A stretch of DNA of 63,024 nucleotides, filler included, from Welwitschia mirabilis (Eukaryota), in NCBI GenBank assembly GCA_051453625.1. It is 6 parts of one record of this genome, joined end to end, with 100 filler letters (N's around TTAATTAATTAA, not from the genome) between each part and the next. Parts side by side here need not be neighbours in the genome. Positions count along the whole stretch, not along the records: positions 50,362 to 63,024 come from JBOZIK010000001.1; 5 more parts are not named here. One strand, written 5' to 3'. Numbering within the stretch: the stretch's first letter is position 1; every line of letters begins with the position of its first letter. The notes under the pieces are model-generated. The model did not search any database. It was given only the letters and a program-made list of their open reading frames with translations, and was not told the origin of the DNA. Positions 52,778 to 63,024 of this stretch are shown piece by piece. A program made the position numbers and the translations under genes.

Positions 52778-54380
52778 CATTGTGGTGTGTATTTTTTCAA
52801 CTTAATGTCTTACTTCAAACCTATTAATCAAAATATATAAACTGTAAAATAAACACTCTAGTATAAATGGAAGTAACTCAAATTTCGTAACCTATTGAAG
52901 ACTTATGAGAGAAAAATGAGAATTGATTTTAGAAAATTTTGTAACCAGAACTTAAGAACTAATGCAAAAAAGTAATATTATGATGCAATGTAAATGCAAC
53001 TAAATTTACATGCAATGTAAAATAAATCTAAACTACTTTCTTTAGCCTTAACAAAGACTACCCTTAAGACCTATATTGCTAATGAAACTGTCACTAGATC
53101 AAGGACAACATGAACCAAAGGGAAATATAACAAAATTAAGATGCATAATTATAAATAAAGTTTTATATTAAGGATAGAACTAGCATCTATATTATAAAAT
53201 AGCCGAGCCTCAATGGAGGATACATAGTGCTTTACCAAGGGAATGCCTTTCTGCAACTCGCGAGATGGATCTCCAGCCCTTCGATCTCTTATCATGAGAA
53301 TGTATGGTGTAAATGAAGATGGAAAGGAGTGTCAAATAGGGGTCTTATTTATAGGTTCAAAAGTCAAACCAATGCATAAAGAATAATGCAAAATGCACTC
53401 CNNNNNNNNNNNNNNNNNNNNNNNNNNNNNNNNNNNNNNNNNNNNNNNNNNNNNNNNNNNNNNNNNNNNNNNNNNNNNNNNNNNNNNNNNNNNNNNNNNN
53501 NATGGAAAGGAGTGTCAAAGAGGGGTCTTATTTATAGGTTCAAAAGTCAAACCAATGCATAAAGAACAATGCAAAATGCACTCCATTATGAAAGCAAAAT
53601 AGATGAATGAACAAAGGTTGGCTAGTGGTTACAAGTATCCTCCTGTCTGTCATGGGAATGACCAATAGAACAATGGATTAAACATTACACTTATCATCCT
53701 TCATGTTGTGGGGATAACCATAAGGATGATAGCCCTTTACAAAAGATGACTCAGCAATATTGGTTTTAGTCCATATCAGCATCTAATGTGGCATCTACAG
53801 TGTCATCATCCTANNNNNNNNNNNNNNNNNNNNNNNNNNNNNNNNNNNNNNNNNNNNNNNNNNNNNNNNNNNNNNNNNNNNNNNNNNNNNNNNNNNNNNN
53901 NNNNNNNNNNNNNGTGGGGATAACCATAAGGATGATAGCCCTTTACAAAAGATGACTCAGCAATAGTGGTTTTAGTCCATATCAGCATCTAATGTGGCAT
54001 CTACAGTGTCATCATCCTACCTATCATGGGAATGACAGAGGGGATGATAGTCTTCTTTATCCTTCTAACTAGGGAGAAGATATCTTTTTTCATCAGTGAT
54101 CTTCCTCCAAAGCCATGTGTATTAGAATGTGCCTTAAATATNNNNNNNNNNNNNNNNNNNNNNNNNNNNNNNNNNNNNNNNNNNNNNNNNNNNNNNNNNN
54201 NNNNNNNNNNNNNNNNNNNNNNNNNNNNNNNNNNNNNNNNNGCCATGTGTATTAGAATGTGCCTTAAATATCTCTAATCATGCCAAGAATTGCACATTTC
54301 TAAGATCTTCCATTAATTCTTCATAATTCTCAGAAGTGCATAACACCCCCATCAAATACATACAAGTTGGCAGCACATCA
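52778..54380 (-). repeat. 5' LTR of a family B-related element (length inflated by gap overlaps)
   Basis: Starts TGATGTGCTGCCAACTTG like 15308; shared R/U5-like block at 53200-53300. Confidence 0.75.
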
Positions 54381-55255
54381 TACTATCATGTTGATATCTA
54401 AGCCTAACTTTTTAACTAATATTTTTATTTTTATAAAATTTTTTAAAGACTTATCATCCACTTAGTTGTCTAGATGATCAAGTGAATGATAACCAAGATT
54501 TTCAATAGTCATCGTATTATCTGGATGACCCGAGTGGACGAAAATGTATTAAAACTATGAACTTACCTTCTTTTTCACCATTTTTCTTCATTCTTGCTCT
54601 ATTTTTATTCATTATTTCATAAGCCACATGTCATGCTAAGGTCCATTGATGTTTTGGATCTTGCACCAGCCAACTGCATGCCCTAGATTATGCGATTTCA
54701 CCAAATTTGTCAAAATGAGGTATGTTTTTTACTCCTTTGTTATTATTGGTTTTTTCTCCTATTCTTTAGCATTTTTTAGCCTACTTTTAATATATATCAT
54801 TTAGTTTTGTGTGCTCTTTAATTTGTTACTTATGGATCTGATTTTCATCAAGTATTTTGCAAGATATCTAAATTTGTGCATTTTACAAGGTAGAATTAGT
54901 TTTTTATCTTTCAAACTCATTTTCTTGAAAACCATAAGCTGAAACATAGTGGTCCTTATAGCTAAATTGATCAGCATGATGAGCTATATGATTTTATCAA
55001 ATTAGATTTTTGATTCAAGGATTTTCATTTTGACCTTCTGTGGGGCCCACCTACTTTTATACTTTTCCATTTTTCTTGCATTTTGAGCTTTTTCTTTACA
55101 TGATTAGGAAATATGGGACATATTGATTCTCTTGGGAGGATGAGTAGTGTAAGACATATTTTCATGAGTTTTACATTACATGAGCCACATTTTACTGATT
55201 TTTTACTTTATCTCATGTGATGCACTATATATTTCTGATTAGTTAGGCCACATAC

Positions 55256-56460
55256 ATGATGAGCTAGATAGGCTAAGGCTGAGGTAGATGCTGAGCTAGT
55301 AGAGTAGGATGTGGGTCCATTAGTCCCACTTGTAATTGAACATGTGGAGCCTATGCACCCATCACCTTGATAGGATTAATTACTCCTTATTTAGTCAATT
55401 TTTATACATGTAAAGAGACACTTTAAAGATTTTATGAGTAGGATTTTCTAGAGGTAGATCAAAGATTGATTAAGTTTTAGGTTAGATAGATAGTGAATGC
55501 ACATGGAATCTACTACACCTTTGAGACTAGAGAGTTTTATAACACAATGCATATTGAGAGGCAATTCAATGCTCATGACCACTTAGTTGACATGATTATA
55601 GGGATGATCTGTGGCCATGTGATATCTATTCTTCTAAGATACATTACTATGGTTACTAAGTTAGATGGCATTAGGAGCACACACATTTACTTAACTAGTA
55701 GTATAGAGGAGCGTTGTGCTTATGGTATAATGTTAGACATGCCAGCTAATGTTATAGAAGATAAGAAGGATTCTTAGTGATACATCTATTACTTATCTAT
55801 TAAATTCTACATAGAGAATTGATCTATAACATCTGCCCTTTCTTCCATGATAGTCATTTCATGGTAGCCCATCTACAGATGCTAGCAATATTCAATAAGA
55901 AGAATAGATGGATTTACTAACTTTTATTTGGAGGAGACTCAAGATGATGATTGAGGCTTGTCAAATATATACTTTGGGATGTCTATGCCTTCTCTCAGCT
56001 ATGTTTATAAGCTTCAATATATCTGAGCCTATGGGTGAGTAGATACTTACACATTTTTATAAAATAGCCCACTACCTATAAGACATTAGCATATAGGTTC
56101 CAAAAGAGGTAGAGAGACCTTAGGTACAGAGACCTATGGTTGGTGTGACCCTTGAGCAGATGCAGGCACTCTTGGTAGACATAACATAGGGCCTTAGAGA
56201 TTCTATGGACTAAGACTTTATCAAGCTACATCAAAGAATATCTATGGTTGAGACGAGAATACATCACAATAAGAAGTAGCTGACTAATATGCATGATTGC
56301 ATATTATACATTAAGTACAATGTGATAGTTAGCATTCCAGATGTAGTTGAAGCATATAGAGATGAGACTACATGATCTATCATGATGGCTATTAACCATC
56401 ATTTCCCTATAGATCCTAAGCATTCTCCATCTTCTCCACCAGCATCTGAGCTTGTAACAC
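55256..56460 (+). pseudogene. Athila env-like 3' ORF remnant
   Basis: YYTFETREFYNTMH...GMICGHVISI motif; sense orientation, ~600 bp upstream of the PPT; boundaries approximate. Confidence 0.65.
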
Positions 56461-57042
56461 ATCAGGAGTTTATTTTGGTATGAAAAAAGAAGTGATTTAT
56501 TTTATTGTATTATGTATCTTTCATCTATGGATTGTATTAAAAACTCATGTTTTTCTAGACATATCATTTTTGTAATTATCATCATGGTGTAAACTCTTAT
56601 CTTTTTTATTTTTTCTATTTTCCTTGTTTTATGGAGATATTATGCACATTAGTTATATATTTTTGACATTTCATGATGATGATTTTTTACATTATACATG
56701 ATTATTTTTTTATGATCTATTATATATTTGAGTGGAGGGCTATTAATTTTATTATGTTTTAATGTTTATATTTTTGAAAAAATTTTCATAGGATTCTATT
56801 TTTTAAGAATAATTTTTTAGCCTGTTGTCCCTTCATCTTCTGGTTAATGTACAGGATGATAGTAGAGCCACTAACTTTGCATAGGTGAAACATTTAATTA
56901 TCTATTCTTAACATTTTTATCCTACATTCTAAGATTTCTAAGATTATTTCTGAGTTTATTCTTCAATTTCTTAATTAATTTATCTTTAGTAAATTTGGCT
57001 TATAATTATGGTTGTTTACCTGGTTTTATTAGGGACTAACAA

Positions 57043-57059
57043 GGCTAAGTGAAGAGCTA
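57043..57059 (+). promoter_or_regulatory. Polypurine tract
   Basis: GGCTAAGTGAAGAGCTA followed by TGTTG. Confidence 0.8.
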
Positions 57060-58121
57060 TGTTGAATGTATTTATTTGATAAGTTATTTAAGTTTCAATA
57101 ATAATAGAGAGCTAAGCAAAATATCACAAAAACATGTAATCTAATAGAAATCTTATAATCAAACAGATTGATCTAATATAAGAAACATTCTTATGAAGCC
57201 CATCATCCACCTTATCGTCTGGACAATAGTATGGATGACAAAATAAGTTATGCTAACTAAGATGTTTATTAGACAAACTAGTAGCTGACATGAATTCTTT
57301 ATGATATGGCATCCTCTCCTGTGATGTCCTAATAACAAGCAGGATGATACCTAAAAATAATTATTCATCAAACTTCATCAAATTCTTGCTATGTAGCATG
57401 TTGCTTTTTGCATAGCCATTAAGTTTTTACTGTGTTTATTAGTATTTACTATTTTTAGGTTCTTGTTTGTAATAAATACCTCCTTTACCTTCAACTCTGA
57501 ATTTATCTTCTTTAGCATTGGAAATTCTCATAATAGAAGATTGAATGGAAGAAAATCAATTCTTTTTTGTTGTAGAAAGATGTCTTTTTTAGTTTTGGGT
57601 TGTATATCCTTTATTGAGGTGCTGCCACTTTGTAATAGCTTTATGTATGATATAGATCATGAGGGAAACCTTTATTCAGGTTGACACTAGTATTTTAGGT
57701 GCATTGCATCTCATTTCTTAGATTAACTTCTTATTATTTTCATATTTTGTTTGATGCACCTGATAGCTTAGTTTTGTCTTAGATAGTGATGGTTTCCTTG
57801 ATTAATATAGGTTATACAGGGTCAGTCTCTATAACAAGTTGATTTAATAATCAAATAAATGTTGTGTTTACATTAGTCTTGTATTTGATTTGCATAGTGT
57901 ATTTTTTTTGCATTGTTTACTTTCATTACATTTTATTCTACTTAGAAAATACATAAATATTTTACTTAAAATCAATTCTCTTCCTTCTCACCTGTGCCTC
58001 AAACAGATTATGACATTGGGTCAATTTAGTCTATATTAGTGTGTTGTATTTTGTAATATATATTTGTAATTGACAGAATTCAATAAAAATGTAAAATATT
58101 ACACAAATATGAACTATAACA
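57060..58121 (+). repeat. 3' LTR of an Athila-like element
   Basis: TGTTG...AACTATAACA termini; end resembles the family B end; shared R/U5-like block. Confidence 0.75.
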
Positions 58122-58251
58122 AGGGGTTGAGAAAAAAGTGAAATGTATGAGGATGTATTAGAATTAGACTCTAGAGAAAGTATAGATAAGTGGACCATAC
58201 TAAGATCATGGAAGAAATTAATTTGGACTTTTCTTTTCATTTTTGTGGATT

Positions 58252-58581
58252 ACTTGCAAAAATGTTTTGGAGATGGAGTTTTAAAGATAGTTTTCTAAAG
58301 AGGAACTTTCACAGACTAGATTCTATATGTAGACTTTTGTAGAAAAAGTGCTAAGAATGAAGTTTTATAGACATAACACTAAAGACTAACTTTTGTAAAC
58401 AAAATGCTAAAGATAAACTTTTGCAAATAGAATGGTGAAGACAAAATTTTGTACATAGGATGTTGAAAATAGACTTTTGCAAATAGAATGCTAAAGATTG
58501 AGTTTTGCGGTTAAAATTTTGGAGACGAAGTGATACAAATAGAGTGTTGAAGACAAAGTTTCATAGACATATTTTAAAGGC
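58252..58581. repeat. 28-bp tandem repeat, about 12 degenerate units
   Basis: Consensus-like TTTTGCAAATAGAATGCTAAAGACAAAC. Confidence 0.85.
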
Positions 58582-59149
58582 CTGCTTATTTTATGATACA
58601 AACTTTATTCATAACTTTGAGGAATTTTTGATTAATTGAATTTAGTGCTCAATGGATTCTATCATAGTTTGCCCTCTTTTTTAGAGCAAAGCATGGTTGT
58701 ATGCTTTGTAATAAAACCTGCTCCAAACTTGATAAAGAACTCTAGAATGGTNNNNNNNNNNAAGAACTAAAACTTGATAATTACTTTTATGATTTATTTT
58801 TGATAATGCTTTAATTAGGTCATTTCTTAAAGTAAGTTTATCCCACTATTCATCACCTTTTGGATGTTCTTGGGATATTTCTCCCTCTTGCCTTCTTTTC
58901 TATAAGTTAGAAATTTTCCTCTCCATAAGGAAAAGTGTCATATCATGATTGAAAAATATAATATATTATGCTAAAAAGATCAAAATAAAACTTCAAAGAT
59001 AAATGGGCTCTTATTTTTTTTGATAGTTTTTTCCCTTTTTTTATTTTTTTAATCTAATTACATACTTTTAAAAACATCTAATAGTTGATGACTTTTTACT
59101 TTTGTGAAATGATATTTTCCTAATTTTATTTTGTCCAGTTTAAAGTTGA

Positions 59150-61462
59150 AAAGTGGGATACATGGTAACTCGTTTTCATCTTGAGTTATAGACCTCATTT
59201 TTGGGATATCTCTTTCTAGAGATGACTTTGTATCTTGATCTTTGATGTATTTATTTTTTGATAGAACAAAGAGATCACTACTCCTACATCATAAATCCAA
59301 GATCTTTTTAAAATTAGGTTGAATGTTGAACTACTTTCAATGACATGGAAATGTGTAATGTATGTAATGTTTTCAATTTTTATGTTTAGATCAATTGTAC
59401 CTAAAGTATATTTTGAATTGCCATCAAATCCTTTTATTAAAATGGCCTCTTTTTAATTTATTCTATTTTCTACATTTAATGCTTCTAGACAAGGTTTTGT
59501 TATAATATATAATTCTACATCATAATTCACAAATTCTCTTTTAACTTTAGCTTATCTTATTTCAACTGAAATAAAGGGTGAATTTGCTAATTATAATTTC
59601 ATATTAAATTAATGAAACTTTGCTATTAGTGAATGAAATTTCTTAATTAACATATTATTGGAAGAATGCATTTTTACATCTTAATGCCTAAATTGTTCAG
59701 GAAAAATTTTCATAATAGCTTACCTAAAACTAGGATTTTGTAGGTAGTTTTGTTTTATCTTGGATTTTATATTTTAAACTTTATTTTCCTATCTGTTTAT
59801 CAGAGTTCGTATAACCCATTATTGAAACCTCCCAATATTATCTTGATCTATATTAGAAGTTTTTTCTAATAATAACGATGGTACAAGTCTTAGTATCTTC
59901 ATGGATGATAGCATTCTATGGTTGAGAAGAAATAAACACTTTAGAACTTTAAAAAGGATTTTTAAAAATTTCAAGTTTTGAATTAGGGCCAGCTAGTGGA
60001 TCAATTTCTCATTTTCCTTCCATTATTTCTTGTACTATGTCTTAAATTTTAATAGCCCTTTAAATTAGTTATATTAATAATATTGGTTTTCATTGTACCA
60101 TTTTGGTTTAGGGGTATTTGAATCATATTATTTTGATTGAGGTATTTTTATTTTCCCCTTAGCTAAAAGGGTAGTAATGATCTTAAAAAGAGGCATGTCT
60201 AATTTTGTAAACTATCATCTAGGGCTTTGATTTGCTTTGATGACTAATACTACTTTATAGGCTAGTTTCTTTTCATTTGCTTTTGAGCCTAATTGATTTC
60301 TAAATGTTGGCTTCAATTCATCATTTTCTTTAATAATAATTTATATCCTTTAGGTAAGCTCTAGAGCTTGTTGAAATGTTTCTAGATTTTTCATCCTAAG
60401 GTATTTCGAAATATAGGATAAGTAAAACTTTAAGAATAAGGTAGCCATTTCTTTTTTATGAATGTTAAATTCTAATTAAATGACTAAGTTTTTCCATTTC
60501 ATAGAAAATTGAGTAATTGATTTATCTTATTTTTGTTTGATATCAATTAACATTTATAAGGATAAAATTCATTGAATATGGAGTTGAGAATAACTAAACA
60601 TCTCATTTAGTGTTGTAATCAAATGTGTAGATAATCAAAGATATCATTCAAGTTCTAGCCCTTATTAGATATCTACAAAATATGTGTAAACTCATTTCTA
60701 AGTCAATTTAATGCAAGGAATATTAGTGTTTAAAGTTTTGAATGTGCATAATAGGATCCTTGGTTTCACTAAATTTTTTAAATTCAAGGATTTTAGTAGG
60801 TAAAAGTTTATTTTAGGAGAATAAAGGTTGTATGGGCAAGATGATAAAATCATATGTCACCTCAATTATAGATTGCTTGAATAACTTTGTTCTAAGTCTA
60901 TGGCTTACCAAATCATAGAAGTTTTAAACTCTAATGAATGTATTATTTATCTAATCAAATTTAAATCCATTTAATATTTTTTGTGATTATTCTTCAAAAA
61001 GTTTTATTTTCATTTATTCTAACTCTTCTCTAGATAAGAACCCAAACTGTTTCTCCTTATTTTATATCTACCAATTTGATCATTTTGATTCCATTTCCTA
61101 GGTAAAGTGGTTTCCTTTTTTTTGGGGACATTTTTCAAACTTTTTAATTCCTCCATGATTTCTAAGATTATTCTTTCTTTTATTCTATTGACTAGACCTT
61201 CAGTATCATTTATGAGTTGATTTATTTCTATATTTTCTTCATGTTTATAAGATAACTCTTTATTAATTAGGAAGCCTAATTTTTCCCTAGCTAGTTTATG
61301 TGTCATTGAAGATGAATGATCTAGGAATTGTATCCAAAACTCTTTATATTTGATGTCTTTAGCAATTTATTGTTCTATTTCTTTTTCTTTGACTTTTGAA
61401 ATTATTGCTAAATATTCTTTTTTTTTTAATAAGGGTGTCCTATTCCTTGTATGCATAAGCAT
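59150..61462 (-). pseudogene. gag-pol: Tat/Ogre-like gypsy gag-protease remnant
   Basis: FKKFSETKDPIMHIQNF gag motif; IKGFDG and FHVIESSSTFNLILKRSWIY protease C-terminal motif of the Tat type. Confidence 0.75.
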
Positions 61463-61490
61463 TTTAGGTTTACTAGACTAAACAACAAAG

Positions 61491-61510
61491 GAGTCCCATC
61501 GGGCATGCCA
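61491..61510 (-). promoter_or_regulatory. Primer binding site, tRNA-Arg type
   Basis: TGGCATGCCCGATGGGACTC, a decayed Ogre/Tat-type TGGCACGCCC..TGGGAC. Confidence 0.8.
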
Positions 61511-61514
61511 AAGC

Positions 61515-63024
61515 TATTGCTATAATGTATGGCAATCTTTCTAATGACTTAACTTGAATGACTTAGTAAAATATTTTTATTTGATAAATATGACTTTTTT
61601 TTGAATCAAAAGGATATTGATATGAATCTTTAAATGCAATTCTCAAAATAAAACCTTGGTATTTTCAGAAAAATGTGATTAAAAAGAAAGCAATTTTACA
61701 AGGGGATTATGATTAAATGATTATGAAATTACTTGATATTTTAACAGGGAATAAAACACAAACAAGAACAAATACTTTAGAAAAATCACATAAAAATTCC
61801 CTTCTTAGATAAATTAAAGATAAGTAAATTAGAATTGGCAATTTCTATAGACATAACAACATTGTTTCACAAAAAAAAAATTAGACAGAATGATCTAACA
61901 GTTGCATCGAATATGCTTACTAGACATCATGGAATATTGTAATAAATAAATTATTTTAACAAAAGTTAGAGGATAATTTGATTAATGAATGAAGATTACT
62001 TTACAGATAAACTGAACTATTTAACAAACAAAGTGAAATAGTTCCATAGATAGACTAGAACAGTTCTACAAATAGACTAAAACAGTTCCATAGACAAACT
62101 GGAATAGACAATTTTAGGAGCTAGAAACAGAATAATATTATTCAATTAATGAAGAAGGACTAACTAGTAAATAAAACATGACTATTTTAATAGATTGAAT
62201 GACTTAACATATCTTGTAAAGGAAATCTAATCAGCTATATGTAACTATCTAGCAAACAGAACAAGAGAATTTAACATTCAGAATCCTTAAAATGATGACA
62301 AAGCATTTTTAAAGCATAAGTGACACATTTAATTTATAAAAATCTTAAGAAAAATCTAAAAATGCATCAGATATGCCTAGAAGAAAATAAATAATTATTT
62401 TATTAACTCAAGAAGATGGACTTACGAAACTGATAAACCTGTAATTTAACTACAAATATTATAAAATAGTTAACTAGTTTCAATAAAATACTTAAAAATA
62501 AATCATTACATTAACAAAATTCTATAAAAACATGTAGCTAAATTATGACATGCACATACAAACTTTAATCATTAATAATTTTTATACAGAGTTTACTTTT
62601 CTTTCTATTTGTTACTAAAATAAATACTCTTTTTATTTCATTAGAGCACATATCTTGTTAAGAATGGCTATTCCTGAAAAAAAGAGCATTCTAATAATAT
62701 TCTACTTGTGAGAAATAATTTATCGGGTATGGGAAAAATTAAGGATTGATTACATGCACTAATTATTCCTAACTACACTATCTTAATGTTAAATTCAGCC
62801 AAAATTAACATTAAGAACAAGAAAATAATAGCATGCAATGTTTCTAAACTCCACATTTAGCAATACAAGTTTCTTTTTAGATTAACACAGCTTGTATTAC
62901 TATCAAGAGAATATAGTAACTAGCCACTTCCTTTGTTTCCACAATAGGTGCAATAGCTAGGAATTCACTTTATAGTTCTTCCAAAATGATCTCTTCAAAT
63001 TATATGTGCTTTCTAGCTCTTCTT
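61515..63024 (-). repeat. Probable 5' LTR of the Tat/Ogre-like element (far end not identified)
   Basis: Adjacent to the PBS, ends ...TAGCAATA; contains 22-bp tandem units at ~62000-62106. Confidence 0.55.

Noticed and set aside
58252..58581. CRISPR array
   Set aside because: Units are contiguous and degenerate with no unique spacers, no cas genes, eukaryotic context

Overview
AT-rich plant heterochromatin made almost entirely of old, nested, heavily C-to-T/G-to-A decayed LTR retrotransposons. It contains several Ty3/gypsy Athila-like families (tRNA-Asp-type PBS, GGCTAAGT-type PPT, 1.1-1.4 kb LTRs), Ty1/copia SIRE-like fragments (tRNA-Met PBS, GTCGAC-rich LTRs) and one Tat/Ogre-like element (tRNA-Arg PBS). 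I found no intact host gene, RNA gene or CRISPR array, and every coding region is a pseudogene. The window is also an artificial concatenation: five 100-nt N44-TTAATTAATTAA-N44 spacers and several gaps with duplicated flanks, so adjacency across them is unreliable. The most interesting signals are: (1) a ~155-nt putative three-way-junction RNA element conserved in the 3' internal region of three divergent Athila-like copies; (2) a ~38-nt GTCGTCC...GGACGAC hairpin scattered through LTRs and internal regions of several families; (3) accessory sense and antisense ORF remnants; (4) microhomology-type deletion or fusion junctions. I do not see evidence for a novel gene system. Similarity statements are by eye.
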